In this document: positions 18,726 to 27,762 of the stretch, in pieces
Layout of the letters: each line of letters opens with the position of its first letter
How positions within the stretch are numbered: the stretch's first letter is position 1
Program-made: the position numbers and the translations under genes
The notes under the pieces: generated by a model
The model's input: the letters and a program-made list of their open reading frames with translations, nothing else
Told to the model about the DNA's origin: nothing
The model's database searches: none
Assembly: GCA_051880475.1 (NCBI GenBank)
Contig: JBJEOA010000055.1
Location: 28,629 to 92,628 of the forward strand
Origin: Lachnospiraceae bacterium
GTDB lineage: Bacteria; Bacillota; Clostridia; Lachnospirales; Lachnospiraceae
Direction of reading: 5' to 3'
Length of the DNA: 64,000 bases

Positions 18726-20098
18726 GATACGATGTCATTATTATCGGAGCGGGACCAGGAGGAATTTTTTCGGCTTACGAGTTAATTCAAGAAAATAAGG
18801 ATTTAAAAATAGCGGTTTTTGAGGCTGGAAATTCTCTCGAAAATAGAAAATGTCCGATTGATGGGGAAAAAATAAAAACTTGTATTCACTGTAAATCGTG
18901 TGCCATTATGAGTGGATTTGGAGGAGCAGGTGCTTTTTCCGATGGAAAATACAATATTACAAATGATTTTGGTGGAACTCTCTACGAGTATATCGGTAAA
19001 AAAGAAGCCATTGAGCTGATGGAGTATGTAGATAAAATTAATATGGAAAATGGAGGAGAAGGAACAAAACTTTATTCCACCGCTGGAACGGAGTTTAAAA
19101 AAATTTGTATCCAAAATAAACTAAAACTTTTGGATGCTTCCGTTCGTCATCTTGGGACAGATATTAATTATATTGTACTGCAAAATTTATACGCAAAACT
19201 AAAAGAAAGAGTAGATTTTTATTTCCTTACAAAGATTGATAAGATAGAAGTGATAGATTCTGGATATCGAGTGTATTATAAAGACGGGCAGAGTGCAGAA
19301 TGTGATAAATGTATTGTTTCTGTGGGAAGAAGTGGAAATAAATGGATGGAAAAAATTTGTGATGAGCTTGAGATTGATACGAAGTCTAACCGTGTCGATA
19401 TCGGTGTGCGCGTAGAGCTTCCAGCCGTTATCTTCTCTCATTTGACAGATGAATTATATGAGAGCAAAATTGTATATCGCACAGAGAAATTTGAAGATAA
19501 TGTCAGAACTTTTTGCATGAATCCATATGGAATTGTTGTAAATGAAAATACGAATGGAATTGTCACAGTGAATGGGCATAGCTATGAAGACCCAAGCCTT
19601 CAGACGGAGAATACAAACTTTGCTCTCTTAGTCGCAAAACATTTCTCTCATCCATTTAAAGACAGCAATGGGTACGGTGAGAGCATCGCAAGACTTTCTA
19701 ATATGCTAGGCGGCGGTGTCATCGTGCAAAGATTTGGAGATTTAGTCCGAGGAAGAAGAAGTACTGTAAATCGCATTGAGGAGGGACTTGTAACTCCTAC
19801 TTTAGCTGCCACACCGGGAGATTTAAGCCTCGTGCTTCCAAAGAGAATTCTAGACGGAATTATAGAGATGATATATGCTCTTGATAAAATTGCGCCTGGA
19901 ACAGCAAATGACGATACACTTTTATATGGGGTTGAGGTGAAATTCTATAATATCGAAGTAGATTTAGATAAAAATCTTGAGACAAAAAAACATAAGGGAC
20001 TATATGTAATCGGAGACGGCAGCGGAGTAACACATTCCCTCTCTCATGCGTCAGCAAGTGGAGTATATGTCGCAAGACAGATTTTAGCAAAACTTTAA
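18722..20098 (+). CDS. FAD/NAD(P)-binding oxidoreductase (COG2509-like)
   Basis: DVIIIGAGPGGIFSAYEL dinucleotide-binding motif, C-terminal GDGSGVTHS; 4-nt overlap with the MBL gene. Confidence 0.75.
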   Translation: MRYDVIIIGAGPGGIFSAYELIQENKDLKIAVFEAGNSLENRKCPIDGEKIKTCIHCKSCAIMSGFGGAGAFSDGKYNITNDFGGTLYEYIGKKEAIELMEYVDKINMENGGEGTKLYSTAGTEFKKICIQNKLKLLDASVRHLGTDINYIVLQNLYAKLKERVDFYFLTKIDKIEVIDSGYRVYYKDGQSAECDKCIVSVGRSGNKWMEKICDELEIDTKSNRVDIGVRVELPAVIFSHLTDELYESKIVYRTEKFEDNVRTFCMNPYGIVVNENTNGIVTVNGHSYEDPSLQTENTNFALLVAKHFSHPFKDSNGYGESIARLSNMLGGGVIVQRFGDLVRGRRSTVNRIEEGLVTPTLAATPGDLSLVLPKRILDGIIEMIYALDKIAPGTANDDTLLYGVEVKFYNIEVDLDKNLETKKHKGLYVIGDGSGVTHSLSHASASGVYVARQILAKL

Positions 20099-20116
20099 TA
20101 AGAATGGTAAGATACG

Positions 20117-20150
20117 AAAACTGGGAAAGGAGTTATCCTTTCCCAGTTTT
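20117..20150. terminator. Bidirectional intrinsic terminator
   Basis: AAAACTGGGAAAGG (20117-20130), loop AGTTAT, CCTTTCCCAGTTTT (20137-20150); perfect 14-bp stem with A/T runs on both sides. Confidence 0.85.
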
Positions 20151-20766
20151 AAAAAGTTCCCTGAAATGTTTTAAGTGACGCTTTCACTTCTTTTAAAATT
20201 TTTTTACTCTCAGAGGTAAGCATCACCGTAATCGTATAGCTTATCTTAGGGGTATAATAAATATTTGTAATATTATAAGCAGCCTCTCCATCATTATAGT
20301 GAATAGAGTAGGACAGATACTGAATGCCATTTTTTTTCTTTTTAGACTTAAAATCTAAAATCTGAAAATCAACATCTGTAAAAGATTCTTTTAAAAGTGC
20401 GTTGAGCTCCTTTTTTGAGGAAGGAAGAAGAATATTCTCATTATCTTCCTCCGTTGCTCGCGTAATATCCATAAATCCGTAGTCAGACTGAAAAGCAGTT
20501 AAATCCTTATCTTCTTCTGAAATTTCCCAGTTTGTATCTGGCAGTGTAATAGAAAATCCTTTATTCTCATCTTCAAAAAAAGTACTTCCAGTTTTGGAGG
20601 GGTCTAATACAATATCCTTATCTTCCTCTGCATTATCTTCTTGTTCTATACTTGAATCTTCTATGGAGGTTGAAGTCTCCGAGGAAATATTGGCAGATTT
20701 CTTTAGACTATGACAGGAACAAAGGATGAGGCAGAAGAATAGGAGAGGTAAAATTTTGTAATTCAT
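20149..20766 (-). CDS. Lipoprotein, unknown function
   Basis: Signal plus lipobox MNYKILPLLFFCLILCSC, then an acidic linker. Confidence 0.7.
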   Translation of the reverse strand: MNYKILPLLFFCLILCSCHSLKKSANISSETSTSIEDSSIEQEDNAEEDKDIVLDPSKTGSTFFEDENKGFSITLPDTNWEISEEDKDLTAFQSDYGFMDITRATEEDNENILLPSSKKELNALLKESFTDVDFQILDFKSKKKKNGIQYLSYSIHYNDGEAAYNITNIYYTPKISYTITVMLTSESKKILKEVKASLKTFQGTF

Positions 20767-20784
20767 GATAAAACTCTCCTTTGC

Positions 20785-21396
20785 CTAATGTTTTGAATCG
20801 TTATCTGTATAATATTTATCAATAATCTTTTCTACAATCTGTTTCCGGATATAAATATCATAGCTTAACATAGAGATAAACGAAAAATCAGTTAAAAATG
20901 CTCTATCTTCTTCATTGGTGCAGTCTTGAAACGTCTTACTTGCCTCATCATGAGTTTTCATAAGCTGTTTTTCAATCTCATAATAATATTCATGCTCGAC
21001 ATGAAAAATTTCTTGATATATCTTGGAAAAGTCGATCTCGTCCTTATTTGAATTAGTATAGTATTTATCCGTCAAAGGTCCAAGTAAATTTTGTATATCA
21101 GAAATAGATAAAATATTTTTAAAATAATAAATATAAACAAGCAGATAAAGATGGTTTTTCGAGTATTTCTTTTTGGTAGGAGGGGGGATAAGTTTATTTT
21201 TAGCATAATTATTAATCATCGTTTTAGTCATAATCTTATCCGACTCATATCGTTTACTTTTTTCTAATTGACTATCCATAAAGGTGAGAACTTGATCCAT
21301 ATAAAGATCAATATTTGGAAAATCTTCTGGCTTGATATAATCAAGATGAATCCATTGTTTTAACCAATCTATCTTCTCATTATTTTTCATGGGCAA
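20785..21396 (-). CDS. DUF1836-like protein
   Basis: DLYMDQVLTFMD...MTKTMINNYAKNKLIPPP pattern as I recall for DUF1836. Confidence 0.6.
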   Translation of the reverse strand: MPMKNNEKIDWLKQWIHLDYIKPEDFPNIDLYMDQVLTFMDSQLEKSKRYESDKIMTKTMINNYAKNKLIPPPTKKKYSKNHLYLLVYIYYFKNILSISDIQNLLGPLTDKYYTNSNKDEIDFSKIYQEIFHVEHEYYYEIEKQLMKTHDEASKTFQDCTNEEDRAFLTDFSFISMLSYDIYIRKQIVEKIIDKYYTDNDSKH

Positions 21397-22225
21397 TCTC
21401 TCCTTGTTCTATCTCTAAAGTATCTTTAGATTCTAGGTTAGTTATTTCAAATTCATCTAAGCTTTTTAAAAAAGATAAAGTTTCTTTGTCTAAAAGTTCT
21501 GCCTTGTTTTGTCTATTTTTTTCTAAAGTATCTAAAAATACATCAACGGAGCGATTTAATATAAGTTCCTCTGGAAAATGGAGTTCCTCTAAAAGTGGCA
21601 TGGAGTAATTGTGATTTCCTACATCGACATCGATATGAGAATCACTGTCCATAATAATTGGAACTTGATATTTTTCACATAGAGTCAACATACAAGTTAA
21701 ATTCTCTCTTGCATTTTGTCTTGCTCCTCTTGGATGAAGGGAGCTATTGTTTACCTCAAGAATTGTACTGTATTTTTTAGCAGCTTTTACGAGAAGTTCG
21801 TAGTCAAGAGGATAGTGAGAATCATCTGGATGTCCGATGATGTCCACATATTTATTTCTCATAGCTTTGATAAGAGCTAGAGTGTTTTGCTCTTTTGTTC
21901 CAGGTTTAATACAAGGATAATGAAGACTTGCAATGCGAATATCTGATTTTACTAAAATATCATCTTCTAGGTCTACATTTCCATTATAATCCATAATATT
22001 AAGCTCTACCCCAAACATCAATTTAACACCAAATTTTTCTCGAGGAATAACTCGGAAATTTTGAAAATAAATTTTCCCACAACTTCCCGGCATCATAGGG
22101 GCATGTTCTGTAATGCCGAGTAATTCCAAGCCTTTTTCGCTAGCTGCCTTTGCCATCTCTGTGATAGTTGAGTAGGCATGTCCGCTGGCAAGCGTATGGC
22201 TATGCATATCTAGTACGTATTTCAT
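21380..22225 (-). CDS. PHP-domain phosphatase (YcdX-like)
   Basis: DMHSHTLASGHAYS N-terminus, GITEHAP, GHPDD, DSDSH metal-ligand motifs. Confidence 0.8.
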   Translation of the reverse strand: MKYVLDMHSHTLASGHAYSTITEMAKAASEKGLELLGITEHAPMMPGSCGKIYFQNFRVIPREKFGVKLMFGVELNIMDYNGNVDLEDDILVKSDIRIASLHYPCIKPGTKEQNTLALIKAMRNKYVDIIGHPDDSHYPLDYELLVKAAKKYSTILEVNNSSLHPRGARQNARENLTCMLTLCEKYQVPIIMDSDSHIDVDVGNHNYSMPLLEELHFPEELILNRSVDVFLDTLEKNRQNKAELLDKETLSFLKSLDEFEITNLESKDTLEIEQGEIAHEK

Positions 22226-22226
22226 T

Positions 22227-22457
22227 TTATTTACCTTCCTCTTCTTTTATTTCTTTTTCCCAGCGCAAAACGCTAAGAGCAAGAGTGGCAAAGGCAACCA
22301 TTGCCACACAAATACAAGAGAGACGAAGTCCCTTTTTTAGTTTTTTTGGAATTAAAAGTCCGATTAGCATGCTAATAGACATGAAACCAAATCCGAGAAG
22401 TGCAATATTTTCTAATTCCATTTTTGGAGCATATTTTACAAGTTTTTCTTTTAACAT
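22227..22457 (-). CDS. Small two-TM membrane protein
   Basis: I moved the start to the ATG preceded by AAGGAGG at 6-nt spacing (MLKEKLVKY...). Two hydrophobic helices. The stop abuts the PHP gene start. Confidence 0.55.
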   Translation of the reverse strand: MLKEKLVKYAPKMELENIALLGFGFMSISMLIGLLIPKKLKKGLRLSCICVAMVAFATLALSVLRWEKEIKEEEGK

Positions 22458-22487
22458 CTTTTTCCTCCTTTTTGGAAAGTATATTGA

Positions 22488-22506
22488 GAAACAATAATAT
22501 TGTTTC
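22488..22506. promoter_or_regulatory. Perfect 9-1-9 palindrome GAAACAATA-A-TATTGTTTC, candidate operator
   Basis: Seen directly. On the minus strand it lies just upstream of a TATACT -10-like hexamer (22478-22483) and the RBS of the small membrane gene. Confidence 0.35.
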
Positions 22507-22580
22507 ATTTTTAAATGGTGCCTATAAAAACAGGCATATTAGTTCCTATGAAAATTTTTTTTAATTGACTCAAGAAAAAA

Positions 22581-22871
22581 TTACTTATTTTTGAGTCGAT
22601 TAAGAACCATATCATAGCCGTCATTTCCGTAGTTAAGAGAGCGGTTAACTCGACTAATTGTCGCGGTAGAAGCTCCAGTTTTTTCTGCAACTTCTAGATA
22701 TGTGTGATGTGCCCGCAACATTTTAGCTACCTGCAATCTCTGTGCGAGAGATAAAATTTCATTCACTGTGCATAAATCCTCAAAAAATTCGAAACATTCT
22801 TCTTTATTTTCTAGGCAGAGAATCGCATCGAATAATTCTTCTACAGCTTTTGTTCGGATTGCTTTTCCCAA
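22581..22871 (-). CDS. YerC/YecD-family TrpR-like DNA-binding protein
   Basis: EELFDAILCL.N.EE...FFEDLCT..E....AQRL.VA.ML....TY.....TGAS.ATISRV pattern. Start moved to the TTG/ATT after GGAGGTGGG, which removes the overlap with the AraC gene. Confidence 0.75.
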   Translation of the reverse strand: MGKAIRTKAVEELFDAILCLENKEECFEFFEDLCTVNEILSLAQRLQVAKMLRAHHTYLEVAEKTGASTATISRVNRSLNYGNDGYDMVLNRLKNK

Positions 22872-22944
22872 AATCCCACCTCCAGTCTTTCCTATTATTT
22901 TATAATAACATTTCAGTGTAGTGAAGTAAAGAGAAACGAAACGT

Positions 22945-23781
22945 TTATTTTCTCTTTTTTTGAATATATTCACTTGGTGTCATACCCTTTTTTTTATGAA
23001 ACATTTTTGAAAAATATAAATTATTTTCGTAACCAACAGAATTTGCCACGGCAGTAATAGATAAATCGGAATGTTTTAATAGATGGCAAGCTTGCTTTAG
23101 GCGAAAATCGGATAAATATTGTTTTGGAGATAGGCCGAGCGTTTGCATAAAAGCACGATATAAATGACTTCTGCTAATTCCGACATAGGTGGCAATATCA
23201 TCAACCGTAATTGGGAAGGAATAGTGAAATGCAATATAATCAATTCCTTTTTTTGCGTAGTTGCGATAGAAATCACTCGTAGAAGGGTGAGGTGGCTTTT
23301 CATCCATAAAAAGAGAAAGGGTTAAATAAAGTTCCCCCGTCATCTGGACCGCCTGCAAAATTTCCGTGCCTCTCACTTGATAAATTTTTAAAAGTTGTTC
23401 GGTGATTTGAGCTTTTTTTTCTGAATTAGAAATAACAGGGGAATCTGGAGAAAAACGGGTTGATTCTAAAATAATAGGAGCGTCACTTCCGGCAAAGCCA
23501 ACCCAGTAGTATTCCCAAGGTTCATTTTCGTCAGCAAAATAGCTTACTTCTGTATAAGGATAAATAATAAAAGTATCTCCCGCATATAAAGTATAGGTTT
23601 TATCTTTTGTATAATAGTATCCTTTTCCGGATACAACATGATGAATTAAAAAATGGTCACGAACACCAGGTCCCCACTGATAGAGTGGTTCGCATTTTTG
23701 ATATCCTACATTATAGACAGATAACGAAAATATTTCCGTATCTTCTACTTTATATGAATTTTTAAATGTATTATTCAGCAT
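22945..23781 (-). CDS. AraC-family transcriptional regulator (cupin sensor plus HTH)
   Basis: The C-terminal region IATYVGISRSHLYRAF...ITAVANSVGYENNLYFSKMFHKKKGMTPSEY is a classic AraC HTH. The gene is divergent from galE. Confidence 0.88.
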   Translation of the reverse strand: MLNNTFKNSYKVEDTEIFSLSVYNVGYQKCEPLYQWGPGVRDHFLIHHVVSGKGYYYTKDKTYTLYAGDTFIIYPYTEVSYFADENEPWEYYWVGFAGSDAPIILESTRFSPDSPVISNSEKKAQITEQLLKIYQVRGTEILQAVQMTGELYLTLSLFMDEKPPHPSTSDFYRNYAKKGIDYIAFHYSFPITVDDIATYVGISRSHLYRAFMQTLGLSPKQYLSDFRLKQACHLLKHSDLSITAVANSVGYENNLYFSKMFHKKKGMTPSEYIQKKRK

Positions 23782-23864
23782 AATAAAGACCCTCCTTTTT
23801 ATATAGTATAAAATAAAAGATGAATAGATGCAACAAAATTACATGAATAAAATACATTTTCCCA

Positions 23865-23893
23865 TTGAATAAAATTTCCAAATGAGCAATAAT
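23865..23893 (+). promoter_or_regulatory. Candidate sigma-A promoter for galE-galT
   Basis: TTGAAT (23865-23870), 17-nt spacer, AATAAT (23888-23893). Confidence 0.35.
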
Positions 23894-24011
23894 AAATACA
23901 ACAAAGAAAGAAACAAACAATGATTACTTATCATGCAAAGTACGCTGATTTATTAAAAATGCAAACTCAGCTGTACGAAAAAGATAGTGAAACCAGAAAG
24001 GAAGATTGACA

Positions 24012-25004
24012 ATGAAAGTTTTAGTATTAGGTGGAGCAGGTTATATCGGATCTCATACAGTATATGAGCTTATTGACGACGGACAGGAAGTAGTAATTAT
24101 CGATAATTTAGAGACAGGACATATTGAGGCAGTACATGAAAAAGCAAAATTTTATAAAGGCGATATTAGAGATAGAGCATTTTTAGAAGATGTATTTTCA
24201 AAAGAAACAGATATCGATGCAGTGATTCATTTCGCAGCAAATTCCTTAGTTGGAGAGAGTATGGTGAATCCATTAAAATATTATGATAATAACCTCTGTG
24301 GCACAAAAGTGCTATTGGAAGCATTAGTTGCACATGGCATTGATAAGGTTGTATTTTCTTCTACAGCAGCTACATATGGAGAGCCAGAGCGTGTGCCAAT
24401 CTTAGAGTCTGATAAGACAGAGCCTACAAACACATACGGAGAAACAAAACTTTCTATGGAAAAGATGTTCAAATGGACAGGAAAAGCTCATGGACTTCGC
24501 TACGTATCTCTTCGCTATTTTAACGCTTGCGGTGCTCATCCAAACGGAAAAATCGGAGAAGCTCACAGCCCAGAGACACATTTAATTCCACTTATTCTTC
24601 AAGTTCCAAATGGACAAAGAGAGGCAATCAGCATTTTTGGTGACGACTATGACACAATCGATGGAACATGTGTAAGAGACTATATCCATGTATTAGACTT
24701 AGCACAGGCTCATATCTTAGCTGTAAAATATTTGATGGCTGGCAATGACAGCAATATCTTCAACTTAGGAAATGGTGTTGGACATACAGTAAAACAGGTT
24801 ATCGACACAGCTAGAAAAGTGACAGGAGATCCAATTAAGGTTGAAGTGGCACCTAGAAGAGCGGGAGACCCAGCTACTTTGATTGCATCTAGTGCAAAAG
24901 CAAAAGAGATTCTTGGATGGAAGCCAGAACATGATGATTTAGAGGAGATTATTGCTACAGCTTGGAATTGGCATAAAAATCATCCACATGGATTTGCTGA
25001 GTAA
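24012..25004 (+). CDS. galE: UDP-glucose 4-epimerase
   Basis: MKVLVLGGAGYIGSH, YGETK, strong end-to-end GalE pattern. ATG at 24012 preferred (RBS AAAGGAAG 7 nt upstream). Confidence 0.93.
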   Translation: MKVLVLGGAGYIGSHTVYELIDDGQEVVIIDNLETGHIEAVHEKAKFYKGDIRDRAFLEDVFSKETDIDAVIHFAANSLVGESMVNPLKYYDNNLCGTKVLLEALVAHGIDKVVFSSTAATYGEPERVPILESDKTEPTNTYGETKLSMEKMFKWTGKAHGLRYVSLRYFNACGAHPNGKIGEAHSPETHLIPLILQVPNGQREAISIFGDDYDTIDGTCVRDYIHVLDLAQAHILAVKYLMAGNDSNIFNLGNGVGHTVKQVIDTARKVTGDPIKVEVAPRRAGDPATLIASSAKAKEILGWKPEHDDLEEIIATAWNWHKNHPHGFAE

Positions 25005-25072
25005 TCAAGGACATAAATAATTGTAAATAAAATAGATAAAAATTTCTATATTTATAATCGGAGGAAAAAGGT

Positions 25073-26560
25073 ATGAATGAAGCGGTTAGCAAATTAGTGA
25101 AATACGGATTGGATTGTGGATTATTAACAGAAGATGATAAGGTATATGCGACAAATCTTATTTTGGAAGTTCTAAAAATGGACGATTTCGAGGAAGTTGA
25201 AGTGACTGAGGAGGTTAATCTTGAGGCAGTTTTAAAGGAAATGCTTGATTATGCTGCTGAGCAGGGAATCTTAGAGGAAAATACAGTCGTACATAGAGAT
25301 TTACTCGATACAAAAATTATGAACTGCTTAATGCCAAGACCATCTGAGGTTAGAAGAACATTTAAGGCTCTTTACGAGAAAAATCCAAAGGAAGCTACAG
25401 ACTATTACTATAAACTCAGCAAAGATTCTGATTATATTCGTACTTATCGTGTCAAAAAAGATATGAAATGGATTGCAAGCACAGAGTACGGTGACTTAGA
25501 TATTACAATTAACTTATCAAAGCCAGAAAAGGATCCAAAAGCAATTGCGGCAGCACTAAGTGCTAAGCAGTCTGCTTATCCAAAATGTCAGCTCTGTAAG
25601 GAGAACGAGGGATATGCTGGAAGATTGAATCATCCAGCGAGAGAAAATCACAGAATTATTCCTCTTACAATGAATAATGAGGATTTCTTCTTCCAGTATT
25701 CTCCATATGTATATTATAATGAGCATTGTATCGTATTTAATGCAGCTCACACACCGATGAAGATTGATAAAGCCGCTTTTCGCAAGTTATTTGACTTTGT
25801 AACATTATTCCCTCATTATTTCTTGGGTTCTAATGCTGACCTTCCAATCGTAGGTGGTTCTATTTTGACACATGACCATTTCCAGGGAGGAAATTATACA
25901 TTCGCTATGGCAAAAGCTCCAATTGAGACGGAAGTTACCATTCCAGGATTTGAGGAAGTAGAGGCTGGTATTGTAAAATGGCCAATGTCTGTTATTCGTA
26001 TTCGCCATAAAGATACCGATATTCTTGTAGATGCGGCAGATAAGGTATTAAAAGCTTGGAGAGATTATACAGATGAGTCTGCTTATATCTTTGCCTATAC
26101 AGATGGCGTACCACATAATACAATCACTCCAATTGCAAGAAAAGTTGGGGATATGTTTGAGATGGATTTAGTTCTTCGCAATAATATTACAACAGAGGAA
26201 TGTCCAGATGGACTTTACCATCCTCACAAAGAGCATCATCATATTAAAAAAGAGAATATCGGTTTAATTGAAGTTATGGGACTTGCAGTTTTGCCAGCTC
26301 GTTTAAAAAATGAGTTAAAATCTTTGGAAGAAGCGATGCTTGCAGGAAAAGATTTAAGAAAAGATGAAGTATTAGAAAAGCATGCAGACTGGGTTGACGA
26401 GTTCTCTAAAAAATATGAGGAAATCAACGAAGAAAATATCACTAAGATTATTCAAGATGAAGTTGGACTTGTGTACGCATCTATTTTAGAGCAAGCTGGT
26501 GTATATAAGAGAGACGAGGAAGGAAAAGCATCATTCCTTAAGTTTATCGCATCTATTTAG
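25073..26560 (+). CDS. galT: UDP-glucose--hexose-1-phosphate uridylyltransferase (Firmicute type 2)
   Basis: ~495 aa, QLCKENEGY, LTHDHFQGG motifs; follows galE. Confidence 0.88.
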   Translation: MNEAVSKLVKYGLDCGLLTEDDKVYATNLILEVLKMDDFEEVEVTEEVNLEAVLKEMLDYAAEQGILEENTVVHRDLLDTKIMNCLMPRPSEVRRTFKALYEKNPKEATDYYYKLSKDSDYIRTYRVKKDMKWIASTEYGDLDITINLSKPEKDPKAIAAALSAKQSAYPKCQLCKENEGYAGRLNHPARENHRIIPLTMNNEDFFFQYSPYVYYNEHCIVFNAAHTPMKIDKAAFRKLFDFVTLFPHYFLGSNADLPIVGGSILTHDHFQGGNYTFAMAKAPIETEVTIPGFEEVEAGIVKWPMSVIRIRHKDTDILVDAADKVLKAWRDYTDESAYIFAYTDGVPHNTITPIARKVGDMFEMDLVLRNNITTEECPDGLYHPHKEHHHIKKENIGLIEVMGLAVLPARLKNELKSLEEAMLAGKDLRKDEVLEKHADWVDEFSKKYEEINEENITKIIQDEVGLVYASILEQAGVYKRDEEGKASFLKFIASI

Positions 26561-26611
26561 TTTCCAAAAAGTATAGAGATATTCTTACTTCTAAGTTAAT
26601 ATAGAAAAATG

Positions 26612-26667
26612 GAAAAGGAAATTGAGGTTATTTGTGGGTTTTGCCTTGATTTCCTTTTTCTTTTTTT
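26612..26667 (+). terminator. Intrinsic terminator after galT
   Basis: GAAAAGGAAATTGAGG pairs with CCTTGATTTCCTTTTTC (G-U wobbles), followed by a T-run. Confidence 0.7.
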
Positions 26668-26701
26668 GGCTAGATTATACTACAAACAAAAATTTAGGCT
26701 C

Positions 26702-26730
26702 TTTACATGAAATGAAAAAACGTGTATACT
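26702..26730 (+). promoter_or_regulatory. Candidate sigma-A promoter for the fur-family/ACT/glyA unit
   Basis: TTTACA (26702-26707), 17-nt spacer, TATACT (26725-26730). Confidence 0.5.
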
Positions 26731-26835
26731 AAGCCATATGGCAGATTTTGACTGAAAATAAATAAAAGATACTGGGATTTGCCATATAGACAGCAAAATT
26801 TGAGGAATGTAGTATTGGTTGAAGGGAGTGTTTTC

Positions 26836-27291
26836 ATGGCACGTTTGACAAACTACAATACAAGGCAGAGAGAGTTGATTTTAGAATATCTAAGAATTAA
26901 TAAGGATGGACATGTAACGGCAAACCAAATTGTACAGTATCTAAAAGAAAATGATACGCCAGTTGGTAAGTCAACGGTATATCGATATTTGGATTTACTT
27001 CTAGAAAAGGATGTAATCCGAAAATATACATTAGAAAATGGGAAACGTGCTTGTTATCAGTATATTGATGATGTGGAAAGATGCAAGCATCATTTTCATT
27101 TAAAATGCGTCAAATGTGGGGAGTTGTTTCATGTTACTTGTGAGGTATTAGATAATGTGAAGAATCATATTTTGACAGACCATGGTTTTTTAATTGATAG
27201 TAGTAGGACAGTATATTATGGTATTTGCAGGGAGTGTCGAGAAAAATTGCAGATAAAGGAGAAAAAGACAGATGGAAAAAACATTAATTAG
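26836..27291 (+). CDS. Fur-family metalloregulator (Fur/Zur/PerR subtype undetermined)
   Basis: Winged-helix N-half (RQRELILEYL...STVYRYL). HHFHLKCVKCG and CRECRE Cys pairs. Start set at the ATG after GAAGGGAG. Confidence 0.8.
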   Translation: MARLTNYNTRQRELILEYLRINKDGHVTANQIVQYLKENDTPVGKSTVYRYLDLLLEKDVIRKYTLENGKRACYQYIDDVERCKHHFHLKCVKCGELFHVTCEVLDNVKNHILTDHGFLIDSSRTVYYGICRECREKLQIKEKKTDGKNIN

Positions 27292-27739
27292 TGGAGTAAA
27301 AAGCAGCACAGATATCGCTAGAGTTTCAGTTATCGGTGTGAAAAATGAGCCAGGGATTGCATATCAGCTTTTTGATATCATCGCAAAGAAGGGAATTAAT
27401 ATTGATTTAATCGTGCAGTCTGTGGGAAGAGATAATACAAAGGATATTTCTTTTGTATTGGCTCAAAAGTTGGCAAATGCCGCAGTAGAGGCGATTAAAG
27501 CAAATTTCGAGCCAGATTATGAGGATATTGAGATTGATAATGATGTGGCAAAGGTTTCTATTGTAGGTGCCGGTATGATGAGTGATATTGGGACAGCAGC
27601 AAAAATGTTTGGTGCAATCTACGATGTGGGAGTTAATATTGAGACAATCTTTACATCAGAGATTAAAATTACTGTATTAGTAAAAGAAAAATATGCAGCT
27701 AAGGTTGTAGAATCTATCCGCGAGAAATTAGTAGATTAA
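27272..27739 (+). CDS. Stand-alone double-ACT protein resembling the aspartokinase regulatory (beta) region
   Basis: [35 protein letters not shown] and [32 protein letters not shown] repeat the two-ACT aspartokinase C-terminal pattern. 20-nt overlap with the fur-family gene. Confidence 0.75.
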   Translation: MEKTLISGVKSSTDIARVSVIGVKNEPGIAYQLFDIIAKKGINIDLIVQSVGRDNTKDISFVLAQKLANAAVEAIKANFEPDYEDIEIDNDVAKVSIVGAGMMSDIGTAAKMFGAIYDVGVNIETIFTSEIKITVLVKEKYAAKVVESIREKLVD

Positions 27740-27762
27740 TAAAAAACAATGGAGGAAGAAAA

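Noticed and set aside
22168-22497. 109-aa plus-strand ORF spanning the PHP start and the small membrane gene.
   Set aside because: It is antisense to two well-supported minus-strand genes and has no RBS.
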